Below the pieces are notes generated by a model, which did no database searches, was not told the origin of the DNA, and saw only the letters and a list, made by a program, of their open reading frames with translations. From a virus, in the IMG/VR virus record IMGVR_UViG_3300022839_000011, positions 24,701-88,700 of that record: a stretch of 64,000 nucleotides of DNA; one strand, written 5' to 3'. This document shows, in pieces, positions 36,496 to 45,985 of this stretch (position 1 is the stretch's first letter; each line of letters opens with the position of its first letter). The position numbers were made by a program, and so were the translations under genes.

Positions 36496-36569
36496 TCTCT
36501 CAAGTAGGATTTGAACCTACGACCTTCCGCTCCCAAAGCGGACGCGCTACCAAACTGCGCTATTAAGAG
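36496..36569 (-). tRNA. tRNA-Pro(TGG), no encoded CCA
   Basis: Cloverleaf with TTTGGGA loop. Confidence 0.92.
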
Positions 36570-36830
36570 TTAGATTATAGCTTCAACACTATCGTAGTTG
36601 ACAACGGCACAAATCTAAGTCTGTGCAGGTAACACTATTTTACATAGCCGCATTACCATAGCTCTCCTTAATTATGACCTGTAGATAATTTCTATAGACT
36701 TAACTACAGCCCCATAATTAAACTTTGAAGTTCTAGCAGAGAATGTGATATTCTCTGCTAGAACATACCGCAGTTACTAAGCATACAATCCCGCAAGTGG
36801 CATATGCTTTTTGCTTAGGTTATAAAAACT

Positions 36831-36907
36831 TGGTGGTGCTTTTTGGATTCGAACCAAAGACCTTACCATTATGAGTGGTATGCTCTCACCATCTGAGCTA
36901 AAGCACC
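36831..36907 (-). tRNA. tRNA-Met(CAT), elongator-like
   Basis: Cloverleaf, CCA. Confidence 0.92.
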
Positions 36908-36928
36908 GATACAATAGCACGTAATATT

Positions 36929-37012
36929 TGGCTCCAATGGTAGGACTCGAACCTACAGTGCTTTCGCGTCAGATTAACAGTCTGATGAGTTTACCAGTTC
37001 TTCTACATTGGA
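36929..37012 (-). tRNA. tRNA-Asn(GTT) with long variable arm
   Basis: TCAGA-CTGTTAA-TCTGA; GCGAAAGC arm; G73; CCA. Confidence 0.9.
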
Positions 37013-37085
37013 ATATTCTATTTTTTTATACATATCAACTTATAACTTTGTACATGTCAACATTTATTTTAGTATCTAATTGTTT

Positions 37086-37175
37086 TGGCGGAGTAGTTCG
37101 AGCTCGAATCGAATAGACATTTGCCTACGTTTTGTTTAGCAAACAAACCAGCCAACCTTGACTGCTATCTACTCC
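37086..37175 (-). tRNA. tRNA-Ser(GCT), divergent
   Basis: GGAGTAG/CTACTCC-G-CCA; TTGCTAA loop; long variable arm. Confidence 0.8.
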
Positions 37176-37793
37176 TTTTCAGACTTTTAATATCGTATAT
37201 AGTTATTTTCATATATTATTGTACCTCGGATATACTGTATACACATTATCCTGAACATTTCCGAGGGCAGCGATAGTAATATAAAATGTTCACGTGATTA
37301 CTTTATATTACTTGTGTAATGTGTTAGGCTCTATCCACTGCTGGACGATTTAACTAAGGGCATGGTTTGCCTTAGTACCATGTTTAGTTTCATATATGAA
37401 TTCACAAACTCACATATGAAACTAAAATTTACAATCTTGATTTATTGGCTCATCACCATACAAGATCAATGTTTCATTTCTATTATCGGCTTTTCAACCT
37501 AAGAACATTTATAGTTAGTTTTAAAGAGCGTGTTATTATCTTATGTATTCATTGTGGTCTATTTATACAGCGTTGTCAATAACTATATTTTTTTTCTTGA
37601 TTATTTCGTTACTGACAATAAAGTAGATTACCCCATATCAGCAAAATCTTCAAGTGTAGTTACCAAGCCATCAAAATCTTCATTTGGGCCAAGTAGATCT
37701 GCAAGTCCATAAACCATATCACCATATTCTTCTGCCAGCGAATCAAGATATTCTTCACGATTCACAAAACCATTATTTTCGTATGCATTCATA

Positions 37794-38015
37794 TTAGCGC
37801 TCCAAAATTACGATACTGCCAAAGTACCTATCAAATGTCAATACAAGATTTTCGTAATCACCACTTTTCATTTCGTTTATGATTGGCTCGTGATCTATAC
37901 CGATTTGCTTTGCAAAGTTTTTCGCATATCCCATTAGAGCATATGCATTACCATCAGGCCCTGTAAGGTCCAAAACAATTTCACGATTTTCACTTTTTTT
38001 ACGAATCATGTTCAA
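37794..38015 (-). CDS. conserved phage hypothetical protein
   Basis: DLTGPDGNAY.LMG..M.SGDYENL. Confidence 0.7.
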   Translation of the reverse strand: MNMIRKKSENREIVLDLTGPDGNAYALMGYAKNFAKQIGIDHEPIINEMKSGDYENLVLTFDRYFGSIVILER

Positions 38016-38260
38016 ACTTTCATTGGTAGTTTTGGATCAAGTCCAAGCGATGTTGCATGTTCAACGGCTTCTTTTTGTGTCCCAAAAACCATCGAAGAGT
38101 ATTCAAATAGTCCTTTACCTTCGCGGATGGCTCGCCCACCCATTATACCCGACATGGTTGCTTTTACGCGGCGGCAGCAAGAGGTAGGAAGACTACCTAC
38201 ATAACCGAAACGACCCGAAGGGAATTTAATCACATGAAGACCAATTTTTGCACCAAACAT
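38012..38260 (-). CDS. hypothetical protein
   Basis: SD and early promoter upstream. Confidence 0.55.
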   Translation of the reverse strand: MFGAKIGLHVIKFPSGRFGYVGSLPTSCCRRVKATMSGIMGGRAIREGKGLFEYSSMVFGTQKEAVEHATSLGLDPKLPMKV

Positions 38261-38313
38261 TTAAAATCTCCTCTTTCATTACTTTTCTAATGTAGGGTAT
38301 TTATTCTAACTTG

Positions 38314-38679
38314 TCAAGTTTTATTTTTTACATATTCTATAAGCGATTTAGTAATAACAACTTCCATCTCGTATGCTTCTTTTTCCCACCAGCGTTCCAT
38401 GTATGGAATTTTGTCGTCAAAATGAGCCGACAAATTATTTTTCATAAATTGCTTAACATGTGTCATTTCATGCGCAAGGGTAACAAGCATTTGACCAATA
38501 TCTTGTGATTTCAATACCACCATAAAATCATTTGGCGAATTTTCATAACATGCACCATTGGGCTTGATAGTATCATCAACAAAAATGTGAATGTTTGGTA
38601 CTTCGATTCCCAAACATTCGCACATATGCACAACACATTCTGTAATGAAATCGTCATTCATGCCTTCAATGGTCAGCAT
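38314..38679 (-). CDS. HExxH zinc-metallopeptidase-like protein
   Basis: LAHEMTHVKQ..WEKEAY. Confidence 0.7.
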   Translation of the reverse strand: MLTIEGMNDDFITECVVHMCECLGIEVPNIHIFVDDTIKPNGACYENSPNDFMVVLKSQDIGQMLVTLAHEMTHVKQFMKNNLSAHFDDKIPYMERWWEKEAYEMEVVITKSLIEYVKNKT

Positions 38680-38688
38680 AATATTTCC

Positions 38689-38907
38689 TCAATGCCGAAT
38701 ATCAAGACGAAAAAACCAAGTCTTCAGGTTTTCACTATAATTCGCATGAATCTTGCTTTCATCTGTGCCACGATACTTATGAAACAAACGAAGAGCAGCA
38801 ATTTCCGAACAAAAGGCATAGATGGCACCGCCAATTTGTTCAACTTTGATAGGCTCTTGGGCAATTTCTACCCAGTCGTTTTCAACTCGCTTCATGTTCA
38901 TTTGCAT
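38689..38907 (-). CDS. hypothetical protein
   Basis: SD GAGG before MQMN. Confidence 0.55.
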   Translation of the reverse strand: MQMNMKRVENDWVEIAQEPIKVEQIGGAIYAFCSEIAALRLFHKYRGTDESKIHANYSENLKTWFFRLDIRH

Positions 38908-38960
38908 GTCTTTACCTCTTTTTGACCACATTATGAATTTAGCTGATTTTTATACTGGTG

Positions 38961-39248
38961 TCAAGAGTTAAATGTGCCGATTTTATATTCTTCGCCATCT
39001 TTTGAAATTTTAATCAAAACCCCACTAAACGCACTATCAGAGGAGTATCCATCCCAACCTTTAAAAGTTTCCGTATCTGGCACATTCATAAATTCAGAAA
39101 CATGATACCAAGATTTCCGATATACAAAAAACCCATCAGTCTTTTCTTCTAACCAATCGAAATTTTCAGATAAAACTTTGTCAGGAACCTCGTTTCCGTA
39201 TTTGAATTGCTTTCATTTATTATCGGTGGTGACATTATTCATTTTCAT
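38961..39248 (-). pseudogene. 95-codon ORF with an in-frame TGA at 39213-39215
   Basis: MKMNNVTTDNK*KQFKYG..GWDGYSSDSAFSGVLIK..; frame stays open after the stop. Confidence 0.6.
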
Positions 39249-39501
39249 CATTCCATTCATATACAGCCCACACATCACCGTCTTGATATATAGTTGCACC
39301 ATCAGTAGATTCTTGTCCCTCTACGTCATCAGACCAAGCATCCCAATATTCTTCGTGTTCTGGGCCAGCCTCTAAGATACTCCAAACATCATTTTTGATA
39401 TCAGGAAACATTTCCCGATTTACTGTTTTGGCAAATACTTGTGGGCAGTAAATGCCATTTCTCGAGTCAACAAGTAACACACCACGCTTAATATCATACA
39501 T
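39235..39501 (-). CDS. hypothetical protein
   Basis: RNGIYCPQ.F..GPEHEEYWDAW. Confidence 0.6.
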   Translation of the reverse strand: MYDIKRGVLLVDSRNGIYCPQVFAKTVNREMFPDIKNDVWSILEAGPEHEEYWDAWSDDVEGQESTDGATIYQDGDVWAVYEWNDENE

Positions 39502-39868
39502 AACCTTGCTCCAAAAGTTTTTGTAGATTTTCACCTACCATTTTAATATAATTTTTACTTGAAATGTGGGTTGGTCTATTCATGAATTTCGATTTTACTT
39601 GAATTCGTTTGGCAGACACACCAACAACTTCACAGTATCCAGAAGATTTGCCTTCAAATACCATAACAACATCACCGACTTGCATCACATTTCACCATTC
39701 AAAGCAACCCAAAGAGTTTCAGGAATTACTTGAAACCCATTCTTGGAACGATCAGCACAGTACTCTTTGTAGGATTTAAATTTAGTACACATATTTTTGC
39801 CTCTTTTTTTTGATTACTCTGTTTTTGTACACCACCACATCAAAAATGTCAATAGTATAAATAACATC

Positions 39869-40150
39869 ATGCACATATATATCATCGGAACCAAAGACAA
39901 ACAAAAAATAGGAATTAGTGGGGATGTATCAAAGCGTCTTTCTACGTTACAAACTGGCAACCCAGACAGTTTGAAGATACACTATACCATTGAATTGCCT
40001 AAAGATAGGGCTAGGCTAGTCGAAAAAAAAATTCACAAAGAGTATAATCACTTGAAGATAAAAGGTGAATGGTTTAACATGATCCCGACACAGGCCGCAA
40101 ACATATTGGACTTCGCTTTGATACGTTGGGCAGAAGACATTCTAATATAA
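39869..40150 (+). CDS. GIY-YIG (T5orf172/MUG113-like) protein
   Basis: IYII..KIGIS..KRL..LQTGNP..E..IH..GEWF; late promoter at 39856-39863. Confidence 0.8.
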   Translation: MHIYIIGTKDKQKIGISGDVSKRLSTLQTGNPDSLKIHYTIELPKDRARLVEKKIHKEYNHLKIKGEWFNMIPTQAANILDFALIRWAEDILI

Positions 40151-40166
40151 CAGAGGAAAAACTTGA

Positions 40167-40496
40167 ATGAAAAAAGAACCACTAAAAACGATAATTTCAG
40201 AGATGGTAGACGTTTATCTAAACGAGTCGGCAAAATTAACAAATGGCGAATCTTTGAAAATCGGGAAAGAAGCCAAAAAAATGGCAGAAAAAATTAAAAA
40301 AGGAGGTGGATCTTTAGCCGACAGCGATGCGAGCTATCTTGAAAATTTTGCATCACTTGCATTCAATAGGGATTTGAAGATGATGACTCGCCAAATGGAT
40401 GGTGGCGAGACTGCAAACCGTGAAGATGTATTTGAAGTGGTTTCAAAAATCATTGGAAAAGATAGAGCACAACACCTATCACGCGGAAAATACTAA
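40167..40496 (+). CDS. putative internal head protein
   Basis: LKTIISEMV..YLNES N-terminus; late operon. Confidence 0.55.
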   Translation: MKKEPLKTIISEMVDVYLNESAKLTNGESLKIGKEAKKMAEKIKKGGGSLADSDASYLENFASLAFNRDLKMMTRQMDGGETANREDVFEVVSKIIGKDRAQHLSRGKY

Positions 40497-40513
40497 AGTA
40501 GAAGGGCGCTGAT

Positions 40514-41410
40514 TTAGCGCCCTTCATATTTTTCAATGACCGATTTCAATTCAGAAATCATTCGGTCAACTGGTACTTCCATCTTTACAGCATCACTTAA
40601 TGAACCATAATGTGATTCAAGACATTCAAATAGCAATTTCTTGATAAACTCTTCATCTGGCCCATGTCTTAGTGTAGATGTGACATACAAACTCTCAAGA
40701 TGTTTTTCTTTTTCATCGAACCAAGACCTCAACTTTTCTTCTGACCATTCACCACTTCGAACAGCTTTCAAAATTTTTGCATTTTTTCCGATGTCTAATT
40801 CATGCTCAATAAGAATTTGCTCCGACTGTAAAACCAATCTTACAATATGATATCCAAACTTTGTACAATACTTGTGCTTTTCAATAGATGCCAGTCTTTT
40901 GGGATTTGCTGAATTTACTTTAGTGCCGATTTTGTGCAATTGTGAATATGCATATCCCCTTAGCTTTTGGTAACTTCCTTTATGCAGGAATTTTGATCTA
41001 TTATCGCGGACCATTTGGCCAATACTTGATGCAAATAACACACAGTGCTGTGGCACATGCAACACATCAATAATATTAGGGTTATTTTCCATAGCAAGCT
41101 GAAAGAACTTTACGATAGAATAAATTGAAAAATCATATTCTTTGTCTGTTTCTTTATCAATAATATGATGCTCTTGCCAAACATCGAATCTCTGTGTTTG
41201 ATTGCCAAACCCCAAAATTTCACCTTTAAGATGAGGGAAAATATTGTCTTTTGGTGGGATACAAAATCCAACAACATCCATGTCCGAATCCGCAGTTTGA
41301 ACATTATAGCTTTGGCTTCCAGCCATAACCTCATAATGAATATTTGGTGGCAACCATTTTGGTGGTGAAATTAGATTTTTGGATTTAACCATTTGCACTC
41401 TTGATGCCAT
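40514..41410 (-). CDS. Pol-beta-superfamily nucleotidyltransferase (RlaP/YcgL-like)
   Basis: GSQSY....DSDMDV.G, NNPNIID, K..YH..RL. Confidence 0.8.
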   Translation of the reverse strand: MASRVQMVKSKNLISPPKWLPPNIHYEVMAGSQSYNVQTADSDMDVVGFCIPPKDNIFPHLKGEILGFGNQTQRFDVWQEHHIIDKETDKEYDFSIYSIVKFFQLAMENNPNIIDVLHVPQHCVLFASSIGQMVRDNRSKFLHKGSYQKLRGYAYSQLHKIGTKVNSANPKRLASIEKHKYCTKFGYHIVRLVLQSEQILIEHELDIGKNAKILKAVRSGEWSEEKLRSWFDEKEKHLESLYVTSTLRHGPDEEFIKKLLFECLESHYGSLSDAVKMEVPVDRMISELKSVIEKYEGR

Positions 41411-41652
41411 TTGATGCCTCTTCAAATAAATTTGTTGTCAAGGCAGTAGTTTCTGCCTTGACAACAATAAAAAATTAAACTGTCATTTCCAACCAACCAC
41501 GCTTAGATGGGAATGCAGCGGTAAGTTTCAAAATACTATCGAAATACTCGTATGGTCCTTGGTAGTCTCGAACCTCAAGAACAGTGGCAATATTTTCGCC
41601 ACCTTCATTTTTAATGCCAGTATTCCACCAAACTGGAATCTTATCGCCAACT

Positions 41653-42057
41653 TTATACATCATTTTTTTCCTTTAACAAAATTTGGGTTAGTTGTTCATC
41701 ATTAACACTGAAAGCAGCCTTTGTCAATAGATATTTAAATCCTTCACCAGCAAGTAATTCTGCTTGTTCTGGTGTAGCATCAAAAGAAACATTTGCGGAA
41801 CCATCTGGATTGCCGATGACAGATAAAATTTCAATGCTATTTTTAGGCTTTTCTAAGTTCAAACTTTTCACATAATCGGCATGTTCACCATCGAGCATGT
41901 AATAACCCAACACATCAACAAACGAATCCACAAGCATAAGAGCTCTTTTTGTATCATGATATAGGTAGTAAGGTTCTTCCAAAATCATAGCAATACTTTC
42001 TTTCATATTAGTAACTACCATCTCGTCAATCTGTTCTTCATCAATTTTAACCAGCAT
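41653..42057 (-). CDS. hypothetical protein
   Basis: Coupled to neighbours in the operon. Confidence 0.55.
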   Translation of the reverse strand: MLVKIDEEQIDEMVVTNMKESIAMILEEPYYLYHDTKRALMLVDSFVDVLGYYMLDGEHADYVKSLNLEKPKNSIEILSVIGNPDGSANVSFDATPEQAELLAGEGFKYLLTKAAFSVNDEQLTQILLKEKNDV

Positions 42058-42451
42058 AATAAATCTCCATCATTTCTTTTTCTAATCTAAATGCCTCTTT
42101 CTCCCAAGGCAATTCTAAGTATTCGCAGCTGTATGCAATTCCGCACCAAGTAGATGGCACCGAACCCTCGCCAACTAATAAATCACCATCTAACATCTGG
42201 CGAATATGAACCATTTCATGAAAAATAGTAGCTACTATTTCTTTAACATTTAGTTTTGGGTCTAACCAGAGTTTTACAACATCATCTTCAATATCGCAAT
42301 ATCCGCACTGAAATTCATTTAGTGTGCTGTCAAACTCTATTTCTAAATCTGTTTCAACTGGCATGGATAAAAAATCACAAGCAAATACTATTACGCTATC
42401 CAAAAGCTTATAGCTAATAGACTTTGGCATGTTTTCGACTTCGTACATCAT
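42047..42451 (-). CDS. HExxH zinc-metallopeptidase-like protein (paralog of 38314..38679)
   Basis: FHEMVHIRQ..LPWEKEAF. Confidence 0.7.
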   Translation of the reverse strand: MMYEVENMPKSISYKLLDSVIVFACDFLSMPVETDLEIEFDSTLNEFQCGYCDIEDDVVKLWLDPKLNVKEIVATIFHEMVHIRQMLDGDLLVGEGSVPSTWCGIAYSCEYLELPWEKEAFRLEKEMMEIYYAG

Positions 42452-42519
42452 GTTTTGACATCACCTTATATATCTCTTACTTCATTAGTACCAGAATTAC
42501 AAAGTGATGTCAATAATTT

Positions 42520-43131
42520 TTAGTCGAAATCCATTTCTTTTTCCATTTTCCCAACAAATATTTTTTTGCCTCTAATACCATTGATAGTTTGGGTGGGCTC
42601 TACTTCTTCAAATGCAAACTCTCTGCCTCGAATTCTGCTAAGAAATTGCCCAGAAGCTTTCCCGAATTTGCCACTACCTACAACTTCTTTTTTGTTGTAC
42701 GATGGATATGCATCATCCCTTTTTGATGTTCCATAGAGATAAGAACCTTTTCCACCCATTGGTATAATCAAAACAGAATCTTGATCGTACTTTCGCCCCA
42801 ATGCAATAAGATCCTTTTCTAAAATACCACCATCAGAACCTTCGACTTTTTGATTGCACACAAAAAAAGATTCTTCGCCAACTTCTTTCTCATTTTCGCT
42901 ACCAAAATTTTCAATGTAACTTCCTTTTATTTTGGTTACGGAATAACCCTTGCCCATCAAATAGGTTAGCATTTCTTTGTTGGTCTGTTTGTTTTGTGCT
43001 TTTGTTTTTTTGTCACGATGACTCGTGATAGTTCCGCATGAATGATTCTGGGTCTTTTGCCAAACCCGCGAAAGTGAAGATTCTTCAAGTTTGTTTTCGA
43101 TCATCTCTGCAATAATTTGCTTAATAGACAT
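42520..43131 (-). CDS. putative internal head protein
   Basis: IKQIIAEMIE..LEESSLSRV; G.Y.E..EESFFV; LGRKYDQDSVL. Confidence 0.6.
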   Translation of the reverse strand: MSIKQIIAEMIENKLEESSLSRVWQKTQNHSCGTITSHRDKKTKAQNKQTNKEMLTYLMGKGYSVTKIKGSYIENFGSENEKEVGEESFFVCNQKVEGSDGGILEKDLIALGRKYDQDSVLIIPMGGKGSYLYGTSKRDDAYPSYNKKEVVGSGKFGKASGQFLSRIRGREFAFEEVEPTQTINGIRGKKIFVGKMEKEMDFD

Positions 43132-43140
43132 TGTGTTCTC

Positions 43141-44484
43141 CTATAGTTCTTCCAAATCAGTATCAAACTGAATACTTGGGGTTGTGGTCTTCCAAAATTT
43201 CAATTCCTTTTTTGCATTGTCTTGTTCAGATTTAAGAGACTTTACCATTTCATCAGTAAGACTCATGATATTAATTCTCAAAAGCCTTTCAATGTCATCT
43301 GCCAGTGCAGTAGTATTTTGTAATATCTGTTCTGACACATCTACTTTTTTCTTGTTTTTGAATATGATGTTATTATCAATAACTTCTTTGATGAACTGCA
43401 TTTTTACATCCAACCATCGAAATTCCTCATTGTATTCCTTGACACGCAAATCAATGCGCTTTTGTAAAATTCCCAACCTATAGTCACAAAAATCTTTGAT
43501 AAGATCGCGTTCATCTGTATACTCGCGTAACTTACCATTTTGATCGATGACTGTCAAGTTCTCTGTTATTGGCTTAGTGAGCCTAAACTCTTTTTCAATT
43601 TTCGCATCATCCCAGTTTGCACTGGTGTTTTGCTTCAATTTGACTTCAAATTTAAACCCATCTTTATCACAAAGATCATCGTAACTTACAATTTCATCTG
43701 ATTCTTCTAGTTTATCTAAAATTGTAACATAACTTTCACGATCAACACCATAAGGAATTTCAGTAATCAAAAGGACTGTTTTTCCTCTTTTTTCGAACAG
43801 ACCTTTACAAAAATATCGGTTTTGTTCTTCTAAATCTTGTACTACAGTTCCATTAAATTCGGGAAATTTAATTTTCAATTTCTTGCTTATTTTGCCATTA
43901 GACAAATATTCTTTACATGCACGAATGATGTCTTTGGTTTCGCGGGGAAGAATGTTAGTAGCAAATCCAGTAGCAATTCCTTTTGTTCCATTAGAGAGAA
44001 CAAGTGGAATTACCGGAATGTAAAATGATGGTGGTTCATGCTCTGGGTCAGAATGCTCTGGTGCAATGTCAATATCTTTGATGTATTTACCAAAATTTTT
44101 ATGTAGCTTAGTATATGTGTATCTTGGTGCCGCTGCTGTTGGCACTAATCGAGTCCCAAAAGCACCACGGCCTTCCACCAAACATACATTATTATTCCAT
44201 TCTGCCGCCATTAATTGTCCAGCACCAGATGCACTTGTTTCGCCGTGCTGGTATCCATAATCTGAGATTGGCCCGCTAATGGCGGAAACTTTTTTAAATT
44301 CTGATTTGCTGTTCATAATAGAAGAATATAGGTAAAAACGCTGAACAGGTTTCATACCATCTATCATGTTTGGTATCGCTCTATTCTCTAAGGTATAAAT
44401 CGCAAAATCTTTCCATTCATTTTTTGCGATATCAGATACATTATATCTTTTCGGGGATTCTTCTTTGATAAAATCTGTTATCAT
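43141..44484 (-). CDS. 52: DNA topoisomerase II medium subunit
   Basis: RAIPNMIDGMKPVQR, YQHGE, AAPRYT (catalytic Tyr), NGTKGIATGF. Confidence 0.97.
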   Translation of the reverse strand: MITDFIKEESPKRYNVSDIAKNEWKDFAIYTLENRAIPNMIDGMKPVQRFYLYSSIMNSKSEFKKVSAISGPISDYGYQHGETSASGAGQLMAAEWNNNVCLVEGRGAFGTRLVPTAAAPRYTYTKLHKNFGKYIKDIDIAPEHSDPEHEPPSFYIPVIPLVLSNGTKGIATGFATNILPRETKDIIRACKEYLSNGKISKKLKIKFPEFNGTVVQDLEEQNRYFCKGLFEKRGKTVLLITEIPYGVDRESYVTILDKLEESDEIVSYDDLCDKDGFKFEVKLKQNTSANWDDAKIEKEFRLTKPITENLTVIDQNGKLREYTDERDLIKDFCDYRLGILQKRIDLRVKEYNEEFRWLDVKMQFIKEVIDNNIIFKNKKKVDVSEQILQNTTALADDIERLLRINIMSLTDEMVKSLKSEQDNAKKELKFWKTTTPSIQFDTDLEEL

Positions 44485-44490
44485 AACGTA

Positions 44491-45291
44491 TTACTCCATA
44501 AATTTATTTAGCGGATTTGCACCCTCGATTCGTTCTTTAGCTATCTTAAAGTATTTTTCATCAAGTTCAATACCAATAAAATTACGATTCAAGTTTTTTG
44601 CTGCAACGCCTGTCGTACCACTGCCAAGGAACGGGTCAAGCACTGTGTCGCTAGGGTTTGACCATGACAAGATGTGGTCTGTGGCGATTTGCAAGGCGAA
44701 TGGTGCGGGGTGGTTGTGCTTGTGTCTGCCTCTGCTTGTGTCTATAACCCAAACGTTGTGACGTGTCCCGAATGCTGCCACAGTTTTTCCGTTAATCGAG
44801 CCATGTAAAGAAACTGGCTCCCCGTTTGCCCCCCTTTTGTGTCCTGTAATTTTTCTACCTACACATTTATTTAATTTGTCTTTGATTATATTTACAGTTA
44901 TTGGGGAAGATTTAGAAAATACAAACATATATTCAAAAGAGTTTTCGTATCTATTTGACGGGAGTGGTATTATGTAGGGCTTGTTCCAAATCATCGTGTC
45001 GTGCAAATTAAAACCACACTCCATTGCCCAAAGCGCCTGTTTAAAACTCGTGCCGGTTTCGCAGCCCTTGATTGTTGCGTCACCTACGATCCACACCACA
45101 ACGCCACCTTGAGTAGTAACGCGATAAAGGTCTGCAATGACAGCCTTCCAGACGTGTTCGCCCCATTGGTCGTTGTTTCCGTTATACGTGCGCAGGTTGT
45201 CATAAGGTGGACTGGTCACGGTAAGATCAACCGACCCATCGGGAATGTTTTTCATCATCTCTAGACAGTCACCTTGCATCAAGTTTATCAT
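44491..45291 (-). CDS. beta-class N4C/N6A DNA methyltransferase (SPPY)
   Basis: TSPPY..HPAPF..DPFLGSGTT. Confidence 0.92.
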   Translation of the reverse strand: MINLMQGDCLEMMKNIPDGSVDLTVTSPPYDNLRTYNGNNDQWGEHVWKAVIADLYRVTTQGGVVVWIVGDATIKGCETGTSFKQALWAMECGFNLHDTMIWNKPYIIPLPSNRYENSFEYMFVFSKSSPITVNIIKDKLNKCVGRKITGHKRGANGEPVSLHGSINGKTVAAFGTRHNVWVIDTSRGRHKHNHPAPFALQIATDHILSWSNPSDTVLDPFLGSGTTGVAAKNLNRNFIGIELDEKYFKIAKERIEGANPLNKFME

Positions 45292-45421
45292 ATTATTACT
45301 CCATAAATTTATTTAGCGGATTTGCACCCTCGATTCGTTCTTTAGCTATCTTAAAGTATTTTTCATCAAGTTCAATACCAATAAAATTACGATTCAAGTT
45401 TTTTGCTGCAACGCCTGTCGT
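44491..45421. repeat. 126-bp identical repeat (44491-44616 and 45296-45421); near copies from 50408 and 51180
   Basis: Identical 3' ends of the MTase genes. Confidence 0.9.
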
Positions 45422-45985
45422 GCCACTGCCGATGAAAGGGTCCAAAACTGTGTCTTCAGGGTTTGACGAGTTCTTAATATATAATTGCATTAAACCAACC
45501 GGCTTTTCAGTGGGGTGCAACTTACATCCAATAGGATTTTGAAACTTGTGAACAGTTTTTGAGCCCATATTTTTAATAGGAAAAGCTGCCCCCTTTCTTA
45601 AAAATAACGTATATTCGCAATTCTTCATATACCATCGGTTAGCTGTTGCATTTTGCTTTTCCCAGACCAAAAGGTTATGAACTTGAAACCCGCACATTAC
45701 AGCAGAAGCCTGTAGGTTAAAAAGGTTTTTTAAGTTTGTCATAATATAGGCGTGACTGTCGGGCTTCATTTTTTGAAAAACAATCGGCATCCAATCTGAA
45801 AATAAAATATCGTTGTGTTGAAATATCTTTCCATTATTTCCGCCAAGAGATTTTGAAAGCGATGGATTACTATTACTGCCGCCGCCAATAACCCTGTACG
45901 GCGGGTCAGTCAACACCATATCAACCGACCCATCAGGGATGGTTTTCATCATTTCAAGGCAATCACCTCGCATTAAGTTTATCAT
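45296..45985 (-). CDS. beta-class DNA methyltransferase (DPPY)
   Basis: TDPPY..HPTEKP..DPFIGSGTT. Confidence 0.92.
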   Translation of the reverse strand: MINLMRGDCLEMMKTIPDGSVDMVLTDPPYRVIGGGSNSNPSLSKSLGGNNGKIFQHNDILFSDWMPIVFQKMKPDSHAYIMTNLKNLFNLQASAVMCGFQVHNLLVWEKQNATANRWYMKNCEYTLFLRKGAAFPIKNMGSKTVHKFQNPIGCKLHPTEKPVGLMQLYIKNSSNPEDTVLDPFIGSGTTGVAAKNLNRNFIGIELDEKYFKIAKERIEGANPLNKFME

